Part shown: one piece after another, positions 39,761 to 48,712 of the stretch
Layout: each line of letters starts with the position of its first letter
How positions within the stretch are numbered: position 1 is the first letter of the stretch
NCBI GenBank assembly: GCA_050173345.1
Contig: JBFXKW010000003.1
Coordinates: 60,323-124,322, forward strand
DNA length: 64,000 nt
Reading direction: 5' to 3'
Origin: Alphaproteobacteria bacterium
GTDB lineage: Bacteria; Pseudomonadota; Alphaproteobacteria; UBA828
Position numbers and translations under genes: made by a program
The notes under the pieces: generated by a model
What the model was told of the DNA's origin: nothing
Database searches by the model: none
The model's input: the letters and a program-made list of their open reading frames with translations, nothing else

Positions 39761-40321
39761 TCACGGCGGCGGCTCGGCTTCCCACAACTCCGGATAGCGC
39801 CGCACGAAGCCGTCGGGCGCGAGCTCGAGCAGGCCCCGATAGCCGAAGCGCGGCGCCTCGTACCAGTAGGCGTGCTCGCCGCGCCGCTGGTAGGTCTGCG
39901 CCAGCTCGCTCAGCGTGCCGGCGTCGATGTCGAGCCAGGCCGCGGGCAGATGGGCGGTCTCGCCATCCGGGATCGGCACGCGGCGGAGCGGCAGGAGGTT
40001 GGTCGCCGGCGTGAAGCCGAGGTCGAGATCGGTCAGGTGATCGAGCCCCGGCACCAACGCGCCGTTCAGCGCCCAGGCGCCGTCCCGGCGCACCGCCGCA
40101 TAGTCGATGCGGCGCGTGCCGAGCAGGCCGTGCACCTGCCCCGCCATCGTCTCCCAGTCGGCAGCGCAATCGACCGCGTAGGCGAGGCTCGCCGGCCCGG
40201 CCTCGTGGCGGAACACGGCGACGCCGTCGAGCCGCCAGCCGGTATCGGTCCGCTGCAGCCGGCTCGCCTCGTGGCCCGGCACATCGAGCCGTCGCCAGAA
40301 CGCGGAAGCCACGATCGTCAT
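39761..40321 (-). CDS. Putative glycolipid-binding domain (PF06475-like) protein
   Basis: The pattern FWRRLDVPGHE .. LDLGFTPATNLLPLRR .. LAPDGFVRRYPELWE resembles that family. The ATG at 40321 is preferred over 40381. Confidence 0.6.
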   Translation of the reverse strand: MTIVASAFWRRLDVPGHEASRLQRTDTGWRLDGVAVFRHEAGPASLAYAVDCAADWETMAGQVHGLLGTRRIDYAAVRRDGAWALNGALVPGLDHLTDLDLGFTPATNLLPLRRVPIPDGETAHLPAAWLDIDAGTLSELAQTYQRRGEHAYWYEAPRFGYRGLLELAPDGFVRRYPELWEAEPPP

Positions 40322-40430
40322 GAGGCCTTGCCTCTGAAGTTGGAGCGTACACGCCAGGGTTGCCCGCGGCCATCCCTGCAAGCCTCCTCAACGTTCGGGC
40401 GCTGGAATCCGTTCAACAATCGGGCGTAAT

Positions 40431-40458
40431 CGCCTATTGATTGGCGCCTATTGATTGG
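40431..40458. repeat. Perfect 14-bp tandem direct repeat (cgcctattgattgg x2) in a divergent promoter region
   Basis: It was read directly from the sequence. It lies 33 bp upstream of the DUF853 ATG. Confidence 0.8.
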
Positions 40459-40490
40459 TCCTTCAGGCGCTACGATCGAGGGATGTGGCG

Positions 40491-42077
40491 ATGGCGAACC
40501 CCGACCGCGACGATGCGATCTTCGTCGGCAAAGGCGGCGAGACCGCCGAATTCCTGACGCTCCACCTCGCCAACCGCCACGGCCTCGTCACCGGCGCGAC
40601 CGGCACCGGCAAGACCGTCACGCTCCAGGTGCTCGCCGAAGGCTTCTCGCGCGCCGGCGTGCCCGTGTTCGCGGCGGACATCAAGGGCGACCTCTCCGGC
40701 ATCGGCGCCGCGGGCGAGGCCAAGGAGGCGCTGGTCAAGCGCGCCCAGGGCATGGGCATCGGCTACGAGCCGGACCGCTTCCCCGTGGTGTTCTGGGATT
40801 TGTTCGGCGAGCAGGGCCACCCGATGCGCACCACCGTCTCCGAGGTCGGTCCGGTGCTGCTGTCGCGGCTCATGGACCTGAACGACGTGCAGGAGGGCGT
40901 CCTCAACATCGCGTTCCGCGTCGCCGACGAGCAGGGCCTGCTGCTGCTCGACCTCAAGGACTTCCGCGCCATCCTCGGCTACATCGCCGAGCACGCCGCC
41001 GAGCTGACCACGCAATACGGCAACGTCTCCAAGGCGACCATCGGCGCGATCCAGCGCCAGATCCTCGTGCTGGAGAACCAGGGCGGCGCCAAGTTCTTCA
41101 GCGAGCCGGCGCTCGCCTTGAAGGACTTCCTGCGCACCGACCGCAACGGCCGCGGCGTCATCAACATCCTCGCCGCCGACAAGCTGATGGAGAGCCCGCG
41201 GCTCTACGCCACGTTCCTGCTCTGGCTGCTCTCCGAGCTGTTCGAGGAGTTGCCCGAGGTCGGCGACCTCGACAAGCCGAAGCTCTGCTTCTTCTTCGAC
41301 GAGGCGCATCTCCTCTTCACCGACGCGCCAAAGGCGCTGCTCGACATAATCGAGCAGGTGGTGCGCATGATCCGCTCGAAGGGCGTCGGCGTCTATTTCG
41401 TGACGCAGAACCCGCTCGACGTGCCGGACAGGGTGCTGTCGCAGCTCGGCAACCGCGTCCAGCACGCGCTCCGCGCCTTCACGCCGCGCGACCAGAAGGC
41501 GGTGAACGCGGCGGCGCAGACCTTCCGCCAGAACCCGGCGCTCGACACGGCGCGGGTCATCACGGAGCTCGGCAAGGGCGAGGCGCTGGTCTCCTTCCTC
41601 GAAGGCAACGGCACGCCCCGGATCGTCGAGCGGGTCATGGTCAGGCCGCCCGCGGCGCGCATGGGGCCGATCACGCCGGAGGAGCGCAAGGCCCTCATCG
41701 ACGCCTCGCCCGTCAGGGGGCGCTACGAGCGGGCGATCGATTCCGAGTCCGCCTACGAACTGCTCCAGAGCCGCGTGCAATCCGCCGCCGCGCCGTCGCC
41801 CGGCCAGCCTGCGCCGCAAGGGGAAGCCGCGCCCGCGGGCGGCGGCGTGCTTGGCCAGCTCGGCGCCATCGTCGGCTCGATCTTCGGCACCAACCGGCCG
41901 CGCGGCCGGCGTCTCTCCTCCGGCCAGCTGATCGCGCGCAGCGTGGCGCGCACCGTCACCAACCAGGTCGCCGGCAAGATGGCAGCCGAGCTCGGCAAGT
42001 CGGTCGGCGGCCCGATCGGCGCCTCGGTCGGCCGCGCCATCGTGCGCGGTGCGCTCGGCAGCATCCTGAGGCGCTAG
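40491..42077 (+). CDS. DUF853 / HerA-like P-loop ATPase (YjgR family)
   Basis: It has Walker A (GATGTGKT), Walker B ([10 protein letters not shown]) and a C-terminal Gly/Ala-rich tail. The ATG is preceded by GAGGGA. Confidence 0.85.
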   Translation: MANPDRDDAIFVGKGGETAEFLTLHLANRHGLVTGATGTGKTVTLQVLAEGFSRAGVPVFAADIKGDLSGIGAAGEAKEALVKRAQGMGIGYEPDRFPVVFWDLFGEQGHPMRTTVSEVGPVLLSRLMDLNDVQEGVLNIAFRVADEQGLLLLDLKDFRAILGYIAEHAAELTTQYGNVSKATIGAIQRQILVLENQGGAKFFSEPALALKDFLRTDRNGRGVINILAADKLMESPRLYATFLLWLLSELFEELPEVGDLDKPKLCFFFDEAHLLFTDAPKALLDIIEQVVRMIRSKGVGVYFVTQNPLDVPDRVLSQLGNRVQHALRAFTPRDQKAVNAAAQTFRQNPALDTARVITELGKGEALVSFLEGNGTPRIVERVMVRPPAARMGPITPEERKALIDASPVRGRYERAIDSESAYELLQSRVQSAAAPSPGQPAPQGEAAPAGGGVLGQLGAIVGSIFGTNRPRGRRLSSGQLIARSVARTVTNQVAGKMAAELGKSVGGPIGASVGRAIVRGALGSILRR

Positions 42078-42079
42078 AC

Positions 42080-42913
42080 GTGACGGACCGCGCGCGGCAC
42101 GTCGTCGACTTCTATTCGCGCCACCCGATCTCGGCGGAGCACATCCTAGCCAAGCTCGCGGCCGAGCGCGGGAACCTCGACGATCTGCGCCCCGACGAGC
42201 TGTTCCCGCACGACCAGGACCACTATGGCGGCCTCGCGGTGAACGATGCGATCGCGGAGCGCGCCGGCATCGGCCAGAGCACCAGGGTCGCCGATTTCTG
42301 CGCCGGCCTCGGCGGCCCGGCGCGCTACATGGCGCACCGCTACGGCGCCGAGGTCACCGGCATCGAGCTCAATCCCTCGCGCGCCGAGGGCGCGGAGGCG
42401 CTGACCCGGCGCGTCGGCCTCGCCGGCCGCGTGCGCGTCATCGAAGGCGACGTGACCGGCACCAGCCTGCCCGCCGCCTCGTTCGACGTGGTGATGAGCC
42501 AGGAGGCCTTCCTGCACATTCCCGACAAGGCGGCTGCCGTGCGCGAGGCCCATCGCCTGCTGAAGGACGGCGGCCGGCTCTGCTTCACCGACTGGGTCGT
42601 GCACCGCCCGCTCAGCGCGGACGAGGCCGAGACCATGTGGCGCGGCATCGCCGCGCAGACGCTGCAAAGCGTCGAGAGCTATCGCACGATGCTGGAAAGT
42701 GCGGGCTTCGGCGTCGAGAGCATCGACGACCTCACCGCCGACTGGGGCACGATCCTCGCCGAGCGCCTCGCCATGTATCGCAAGCTGCGCGAGGAGACGC
42801 TGGCGCGCGGCATGCCCGCGGGCGACGAGGCGTTCTATTCGGCCTATGTGCGCCTCGTCGAGCTGGTGCAGAGCCGCGCGCTCGGCGGCGCGAGGTTCAC
42901 CGCGGTCAAATGA
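42080..42913 (+). CDS. Class I SAM-dependent methyltransferase
   Basis: It has motif I (VADFCAGLGGPARYMA) and post-I/II motifs (VIEGDV, DVVMSQEAFLHI). The GTG start lies 2 nt after the DUF853 stop. Confidence 0.8.
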   Translation: MTDRARHVVDFYSRHPISAEHILAKLAAERGNLDDLRPDELFPHDQDHYGGLAVNDAIAERAGIGQSTRVADFCAGLGGPARYMAHRYGAEVTGIELNPSRAEGAEALTRRVGLAGRVRVIEGDVTGTSLPAASFDVVMSQEAFLHIPDKAAAVREAHRLLKDGGRLCFTDWVVHRPLSADEAETMWRGIAAQTLQSVESYRTMLESAGFGVESIDDLTADWGTILAERLAMYRKLREETLARGMPAGDEAFYSAYVRLVELVQSRALGGARFTAVK

Positions 42914-43069
42914 TCCCAAAACCGTCCCAGGAATCCTGTCATCGAGAGTCACATTCCGGCGCCGCCGGTGCTGTGTTAGCGTAATCAATAGGGGCTGCAC
43001 GAACGCGTACGGCGCGCGCAAACTTCGGCGAACCTGGCGAAAGTGCTTCCGCCTGCTCTGGAGGGTGGA

Positions 43070-44527
43070 ATGCTGCGAATGCTGCTGACTCTGCTGGCGA
43101 TAGTGTCGCTGGTCGCCAGCGCCTGGTGTGCCTCCGCTCGAGCCGAAAATGAAGACGCCGGCGAAGACGACGACCTGCCGCCGCTCGTAGAGCTCGCCCT
43201 GCAGCCATGGACCGGCACCTTCGATCAAATGGTCGAACGGAAGATGATCCGCGTCGTCATGCCGGTCGGGCTGACCACCTATTTCCTGGACGGCAAGGAG
43301 CAGAGCGGCCTCACCTACGAGTTCACGCAGGAGTTCGAGAAGCACCTGCGGAAGACTCTCGGGAAACGCGGGCGCGATCTGCAAGTGGTCGTGATTCCGA
43401 GCCGGCGCGACCGGCTGCTCGACATGGTGGTCGAGGGGCGTGCCGACATCGCGGCCGGCAGCGTCACCGTCACCGAGGATCGTGCCGCCATCGTCGATTT
43501 CAGCGCGCCGTTCCAGTCCAACGTCAAGGAGCTGATCGTCACCGGAACCGGGACGCCGCCGGCCAAGAGCCTCGATGAGCTGGTTGGGATCGAACTGCAT
43601 GTGCGCAAGTCGACGAGCCACTGGCACAGCCTCGAGCAGATCAATGCCGAGCGGAAGGCGCGCGGCGCGCCGCCGCTCACGGTCGTGCCGGCGGACGAAC
43701 TGCTGCGCATCGAGGACCTTCTCGAGATGGTCAGCGCCGGCGTGATCCCGGCGACCGTTTCCGATGACGGCGTCGCCGACGTGTTCGCACGCTATTTCGG
43801 CAGCATCGTCCTGCATCGCGACGTGCCGCTCGCCGAGGGGCGCCGCCTGGCCTGGGCCTATCGCAAGGGCGATGCCGAGCTGGGCAAGGCGATCAACGGC
43901 TTCGTCAAGACGGCGAGCCAGGGCACGGCGCTGCGCAACATCATCGTGGCCAAATACTGGAAAAACACGAAGTGGCTGGACAGGGTGCGCGACCCGGAGG
44001 ATCGGGACAGGCTCCAGCAGCTGAGCGAGTATTTCCGGAAATATGCCGGGCAGTACGACTTCGACTGGCTGATGGTTGCGGCGCAAGGCTACCAGGAATC
44101 GCGCCTCGACCAGTCGGTGCGCAGCCATGCCGGCGCCGTCGGCATCATGCAGCTCTTGCCGGCGACGGCCGCCGATGCGTCGGTCGGCATCCCGGACATC
44201 CACATCGCCGAGCACAACATCCACGCCGGCGTGAAGTACCTCCGTCACCTGCGCGACCAGTATCTGAGCGACCCGGCCCTGAGCGACCTGGACCGCACGC
44301 TGATGAGCTTCGCCGCCTACAACGCCGGCCCCGGAAACCTCCGCAAGGCCCAGAAGCGGGCGGACAAGCTGACGCTCGACCGCAATGTCTGGTTCGACAA
44401 TGTGGAGATCGCGATGGGCCAAACCGTCGGCCGCGAGCCGGTCAACTATGTGCGCAGCATCTTCAAGTACTACACCGCGTTCAAGCTCATCGCCGCCGAA
44501 ACCGAGGCACGCCACGCCCGAGAATAG
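43070..44527 (+). CDS. MltF-like lytic transglycosylase (solute-binding-like domain + SLT domain)
   Basis: It has a signal peptide (MLRMLLTLLAIVSLVASAWCASA), an SBP_bac_3-like N-domain and an SLT motif (ESRLDQSVRSHAGAVGIMQLLPATA .. AAYNAGPGN). Confidence 0.8.
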   Translation: MLRMLLTLLAIVSLVASAWCASARAENEDAGEDDDLPPLVELALQPWTGTFDQMVERKMIRVVMPVGLTTYFLDGKEQSGLTYEFTQEFEKHLRKTLGKRGRDLQVVVIPSRRDRLLDMVVEGRADIAAGSVTVTEDRAAIVDFSAPFQSNVKELIVTGTGTPPAKSLDELVGIELHVRKSTSHWHSLEQINAERKARGAPPLTVVPADELLRIEDLLEMVSAGVIPATVSDDGVADVFARYFGSIVLHRDVPLAEGRRLAWAYRKGDAELGKAINGFVKTASQGTALRNIIVAKYWKNTKWLDRVRDPEDRDRLQQLSEYFRKYAGQYDFDWLMVAAQGYQESRLDQSVRSHAGAVGIMQLLPATAADASVGIPDIHIAEHNIHAGVKYLRHLRDQYLSDPALSDLDRTLMSFAAYNAGPGNLRKAQKRADKLTLDRNVWFDNVEIAMGQTVGREPVNYVRSIFKYYTAFKLIAAETEARHARE

Positions 44528-44628
44528 GCAGGCCGAAGGCGGAGCCTCTTATGGCGAGCGGTTTCGCCTGCGCCGCCCGCACCGCCACACCGAGGCCGCC
44601 AGCACGCTTCGACGACGGTGCCAAGCAG

Positions 44629-44715
44629 TGGTGGCCCCTCCGGGAGTCGAACCCGGACCTTCTTGCGAAGAACGGATTTTAAGTCCGTTGCGTCTACCGG
44701 TTCCGCCAAGGGGCC
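44629..44715 (-). tRNA. tRNA-Leu (anticodon UAA)
   Basis: The reverse complement folds as a cloverleaf: acceptor GGCCCCT/AGGGGCC, anticodon stem ACGGA/TCCGT with loop CTTAAAA, a long variable arm, T-arm CCGGG-TTCGACT-CCCGG and an encoded CCA. Confidence 0.9.
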
Positions 44716-44755
44716 GCTGTCCGGGGCAGCTTCAGCGAACGTTCCCTCACCCTAA

Positions 44756-44779
44756 CCCTCTCCGCTCGGCGGGAGAGGG
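44756..44779. repeat. Short GC hairpin repeat (ccctctccgc..gcgggagaggg type)
   Basis: It is of the same sequence class as the 20304..20351 hairpin and lies in the tRNA-cinA gap. Confidence 0.4.
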
Positions 44780-44865
44780 ATACGGAGGCTTGGCGAGCGA
44801 TCAGCGAGCCTAGCCGCAGTTGGGCGAGGGGTGGTCCGGCCCGATCCTATCCCACCTCCGATGCT

Positions 44866-45627
44866 CTAGACACTCTCCTCCATCGGCTCGGCGCCGAGGG
44901 TTCGGATCAGGGCGGCGAGCTCGTCGGCCGCCCTGTCGAGCGCCGCCTTGTCCGTGCCGCGCAGGACCAGCGTGGTGCCGATCTTGCCGTCGCGCACGAA
45001 CGGGTAGCTGCCGATCTCGAGCATGGCGTAGCGCGCCTGCAATTCGCCGAGCCCCTTCGCAATCTCGCCCTCGGGCAGGTAGGTCGCGATCGAACGCGAG
45101 CCGACCGTGGGCCCGGTCCGCAAGGTGGGCACCGCGGCCTCGAACATGGCGCGCATCACCGCCGGGATGCCGGCCATGACATAGACGTTGCCGACGCGGA
45201 AGCCCGGCGCGCGGCTCAGCTTGTTCTCGATCAGCACGGCGCCTTCCGGTGCGTGCGCCATGCGCTGGCGCGCCTCGTTGAACTCGCGACCGGTCTCCTC
45301 ATAGAACGCGGCGAGAACGCGATAGGCATCGGGGTGGATCACGTTCCTGACGCCGAACGCCTTGGCCACGCTGTCCGCCGTGATGTCGTCATGGGTCGGG
45401 CCGATGCCGCCCGTGGTGAAGACGTAGGTATAGCGCGTGCGCAGCGCGTTCACCGCTTCGACGATGGCGTCCTCCTCGTCCGTCACCACGCGGACCTCCT
45501 TGAGCCGGATGCCGAGCACCGCGAGCTGGCGGGCGATGTAGTTGAGGTTGGCGTCCTGCGTGCGGCCCGAGAGGATCTCGTTGCCGATCAGGAGGATCGC
45601 GGCGGTCGGCGCAGCGGGCTCGGTCAT
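44866..45627 (-). CDS. CinA-like / MoCF-biosynthesis (MoaB/Mog-like) domain protein
   Basis: The translation LLIGNEILSGRTQDANLNYIARQLAVLGI .. VFTTGGIGPTHDDIT supports the call. The ATG at 45627 is preferred because the longer ORF runs into repeat family B. Confidence 0.8.
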   Translation of the reverse strand: MTEPAAPTAAILLIGNEILSGRTQDANLNYIARQLAVLGIRLKEVRVVTDEEDAIVEAVNALRTRYTYVFTTGGIGPTHDDITADSVAKAFGVRNVIHPDAYRVLAAFYEETGREFNEARQRMAHAPEGAVLIENKLSRAPGFRVGNVYVMAGIPAVMRAMFEAAVPTLRTGPTVGSRSIATYLPEGEIAKGLGELQARYAMLEIGSYPFVRDGKIGTTLVLRGTDKAALDRAADELAALIRTLGAEPMEESV

Positions 45628-45721
45628 GACGGTTCCATCGTGCCGTTCTCTTGGTGCGGGCCGATCATAGCGGAACGCCGGGGGAACCCGACAGCCCGCC
45701 GTCAACCGTGCGGCGGCGGCC

Positions 45722-45790
45722 CCGTCCTTCGACAGGCTCAGGACGAGGCCGAAACCCCAAGCCCTCATGCTGAGCTTGTCGAAGCATGAG
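45722..45790. repeat. Family B palindromic repeat, inverted copy
   Basis: Its reverse complement aligns with 23225..23295 with only a few mismatches over ~70 nt. Confidence 0.75.
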
Positions 45791-45898
45791 GACGCCGCAT
45801 CTCCCCACCCGCCCCACCCGCCGTCAGCGAGGTTGAAGCCGCCGCCGGTTGCTTTACATTCTGTGCCAACCGGACCACAGCCAGATCGGACCAGCTTC

Positions 45899-46762
45899 AT
45901 GTGGCGATCCGCCGAGAAACCCGAGAGCGCCGCGCCGGCGCCGGCCGAACGCCAAGCGGCCAGGAGCGACGCCGCCTATGAGCGCAGCGTCAAGGTACAT
46001 CCGCCCGAGGCGTTCGCGGCGATGCGCGTCGCCGGCCGGCTCGCCGCCGAGACGCTCGACTTCATCACGCCCCACGTCGAGCCCGGCATCACCACCGGCG
46101 AACTCGACCGGCTGTGCCATGACTTCATCGTCGAGCGCGGCGCGATCCCGGCGCCGCTCGGCTATCGCGGCTACCCGAAGTCGATCTGCACCTCGGTCAA
46201 CCATGTGGTCTGCCACGGCATCCCGGGCGAGAAGAAGCTGCACAAGGGCGACATCCTCAACATCGACGTGACCGTGATCGTCGATGGCTGGCACGGCGAT
46301 TCGAGCCGCATGTACGGCGCGGGCGACGCGCCGGTGAAGGCGAGGCGCCTGATCGACATCACCTACGAGGCGATGATGCGGGGGATCGAGGTGGTTAGGC
46401 CCGGCGCGCGGCTTGGCGACATCGGCCACGCCATCCAGTCCTATGCCGAGGGCCATCGCTGCGCGGTGGTGCGTGATTTCTGCGGCCACGGCATCGGCCG
46501 CGTCTTCCACGACGCGCCGAACATCCTGCACTATGGCGAGCCGGGCACCGGGCCGGAGCTGGTCGAGGGCATGTTCTTCACCGTCGAGCCGATGATCAAC
46601 CTCGGCACCTGGGAAGTGACGCTGCTCAAGGACGGCTGGACCGCGGTGACGCGGGACCGCTCGCTCTCGGCGCAGTTCGAACACACGCTCGGCGTCACCC
46701 GCGACGGCTACGAGATCTTCACCCTGTCGCCGGCGGGCTATACGCGGCCGCCCTATAGCTGA
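45899..46762 (+). CDS. map: Type I methionine aminopeptidase
   Basis: It has the motifs SVNHVVCHGIP, DIVNID-like (DILNIDVTV), HGIGRVFHD and FTVEPM. Confidence 0.92.
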   Translation: MWRSAEKPESAAPAPAERQAARSDAAYERSVKVHPPEAFAAMRVAGRLAAETLDFITPHVEPGITTGELDRLCHDFIVERGAIPAPLGYRGYPKSICTSVNHVVCHGIPGEKKLHKGDILNIDVTVIVDGWHGDSSRMYGAGDAPVKARRLIDITYEAMMRGIEVVRPGARLGDIGHAIQSYAEGHRCAVVRDFCGHGIGRVFHDAPNILHYGEPGTGPELVEGMFFTVEPMINLGTWEVTLLKDGWTAVTRDRSLSAQFEHTLGVTRDGYEIFTLSPAGYTRPPYS

Positions 46763-46771
46763 GCGCCGGCC

Positions 46772-47470
46772 GTGGGCGAGGCCCGCAAGCCGGATGACAA
46801 GCCGCACTATCTCGGCCATCGTGACCGGTTGCGCGAACGCTTCGCCAGAAGCGGCGCGGACGCGCTCGCCGATTACGAGCTGCTCGAGCTCTACCTTTAT
46901 CTCGCCATCCCACGCCGCGATGTGAAGCCGCTGGCGAAGGCGCTGATCGCCCGCTTCGGCAGCCTCGGCGCCGTGCTCGCCGCGCCCGAGGACCGGCTCG
47001 TCGAGGTCAAGGGCCTCGGGCCGCACGGCGCGCAGGCGCTCAAGCTCGCCCACGCGCTCAGGCTGCGCGGCCTCAAGGAGGAGATCGCGGGGCGCACCGT
47101 GATCGGCTCGTGGGACGCGCTCCTCGACTATTGCCGGGCGCAGATGGCGTACCATGCGAGCGAGCAGCTCCGCGTGCTGTTCCTCGACGTCAAGAACGGC
47201 CTGATTGCCGACGAAGTGCAGCAGGAGGGCAGCATCAACCATGTCATGCTTTACCCGCGCGAGGTGGTGCGCCGGGCGCTGGCGCTCGGTGCCGCCGCGG
47301 TGATCCTGGTCCACAACCACCCGAGCGGCGACCCGACGCCATCGCAGGCCGACATCAAGCTGACCGGCGAGATGGTCGCGGCGGCCAAGGCGCTCGGCAT
47401 CGCGGTGCATGACCACCTGATCATCGGCCGCGGCAGCCACAGCTCCTTTCGCACGCTCGGCCTGCTGTAG
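46772..47470 (+). CDS. radC: RadC-family JAB-domain protein
   Basis: It has a helix-hairpin-helix N-region and the JAMM motif ([17 protein letters not shown]). Confidence 0.9.
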   Translation: MGEARKPDDKPHYLGHRDRLRERFARSGADALADYELLELYLYLAIPRRDVKPLAKALIARFGSLGAVLAAPEDRLVEVKGLGPHGAQALKLAHALRLRGLKEEIAGRTVIGSWDALLDYCRAQMAYHASEQLRVLFLDVKNGLIADEVQQEGSINHVMLYPREVVRRALALGAAAVILVHNHPSGDPTPSQADIKLTGEMVAAAKALGIAVHDHLIIGRGSHSSFRTLGLL

Positions 47471-47691
47471 CCGCACGCCCCATGTAAACGCGGCTTGCTT
47501 TTCGCAAGGTGCTGGGTGAATCTTTCATGAATCCAGATTTCTACAGGCGACAGGCTGAGTCCTGGCCTGTACGATTCGAGGCAAGCCACTGAACCAGCGA
47601 GGTTGCGGCCTGTCCCATGGGTAATCCGTCACGACCCGCCGATCGCCGCGCCCGATCCCGCTTCCCCCGTTCGAGCGACGCCAAGTGCCAA

Positions 47692-47719
47692 GGACGCTTC
47701 CCGTGAAGCGTCCTTTTTT
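47692..47719 (+). terminator. Canonical intrinsic terminator 29 nt upstream of the phoH start codon
   Basis: The sequence is ggacgcttc-ccgt-gaagcgtcc followed by tttttt. It has terminator geometry only on the + strand. Confidence 0.7.
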
Positions 47720-47747
47720 CATGTCCGTCCAACACTGAGGGAATGCC

Positions 47748-48479
47748 ATGGCCAAGCGTGCCGCACGCCAATCCGCCGCGCAGTTCGGGGTCGTCGAGGA
47801 TTTCCCGCCGTTTCCGGAGCGCTGGAACCTGCCTGACGACGAGCGCCGGGAGCAGCGCTATGTCCGGCGCGTGCGGCCCAAGAGCGAGGGCCAGCAGCGC
47901 CTGGTCGATGCGATCGACGGCTATGGCGTGGTGCTCGCGCTCGGCCCCGCCGGCACCGGCAAGACCTATCTCGCCATCGCCAAGGCGGTCGAGGCGCTGG
48001 AGGAAGGCGCGGTCGAGCGCATCGTGCTGTCGCGGCCCGCGGTCGGCGCGGGCGAAGACCTCGGCTACCTCCCCGGCCATATCGAGGACAAGCTCGCGCC
48101 CTATCTGCGGCCGCTCTACGACGCGCTGACCGAGCGGCTCGGCGGCAAGCGGCTGAAGAAGCTGCTCGCCGACGGCGCGATCGAGATCGCGCCGGTCGCC
48201 TATATGCGCGGGCGCACGCTCAACAACGCCTTCGTCGTGATCGACGAGGCGCAGAACTGCACCGCGACCCAGATCAAGATGCTGCTCACCCGGCTCGGCT
48301 GGCACTCGACCATGGTGGTGACCGGCGACCCGGACCAGAGCGACCTCTTGCCCGGCCTCTCCGGCATCGCCGAGGTCGCCGCGCGCCTCGCCGCCCTCGA
48401 CACCGTCGCGGTCATCCGGCTCGGCGAACGCGACATCGTGCGCCACCCCCTGGTCGCGGAGATGCTGAGCGTGCTGTAG
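47748..48479 (+). CDS. phoH: PhoH-family ATPase
   Basis: It has Walker A (GPAGTGKTYLA), Walker B (FVVIDEAQN) and the PhoH motif VVTGDPDQSD. A GAGGGA RBS is present. Confidence 0.9.
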   Translation: MAKRAARQSAAQFGVVEDFPPFPERWNLPDDERREQRYVRRVRPKSEGQQRLVDAIDGYGVVLALGPAGTGKTYLAIAKAVEALEEGAVERIVLSRPAVGAGEDLGYLPGHIEDKLAPYLRPLYDALTERLGGKRLKKLLADGAIEIAPVAYMRGRTLNNAFVVIDEAQNCTATQIKMLLTRLGWHSTMVVTGDPDQSDLLPGLSGIAEVAARLAALDTVAVIRLGERDIVRHPLVAEMLSVL

Positions 48480-48491
48480 GCTGGTCTTCTC

Positions 48492-48642
48492 GATGCGCGC
48501 TATCGGCCTTCGGCCTGCTTGAGCGCGCTCCATCCGGGTGAATGGCGACGGCACGGGCTCGTCTCTTTGATGCGCGCTATCTGCCTTCGGCCTACTTGAG
48601 CGCGCTCCATCCGGGTGAATGGCGGCGGCACGGGCTCGTCTT
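48492..48642. repeat. 77-bp tandem direct repeat, 2 copies (about 3 mismatches)
   Basis: The unit is gatgcgcgctatcggccttcggcctgcttgagcgcgctccatccgggtgaatggcgacggcacgggctcgtct. Copies start at 48492 and 48569. Each unit contains a gcgcgct..agcgcgc / ggcc-ttc-ggcc hairpin. Confidence 0.85.
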
Positions 48643-48712
48643 CCGGGCCGGCGCCGTATATCGTTCCGCATGGTCCTCGGCTACCGGGGGGCTTCAGATC
48701 GGGATTCCAGCC

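Noticed and set aside
38885-39775. An 8-bp match (cggcggct) at both edges of the low-GC insert as a target-site duplication.
   Set aside because: Such GC-only octamers are abundant in this genome, and the two occurrences are not positioned symmetrically at clear composition breakpoints. The evidence is insufficient.
44629-44715. tRNA-Leu(UAA) as an integration site for a genomic island.
   Set aside because: There is no integrase, no direct repeat of the tRNA 3' end and no compositional shift on either side. Neighbouring genes have host-like GC. The low-GC insert is 5 kb away and separated from the tRNA by host-like genes.
44866-46762. Long N-terminal extensions of the cinA-like and map ORFs (starts at 45900 and 45767) and of the ORF at 61708-63576.
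   Set aside because: The extensions run through intergenic repeat elements (family B or A) or antisense to other well-supported genes. Internal ATG starts give proteins of canonical length.
48492-48642. The tandem 77-bp repeat as a CRISPR-like array.
   Set aside because: There are only two contiguous copies with no unique spacers between them, no cas genes in the window, and a repeat length outside the CRISPR range.
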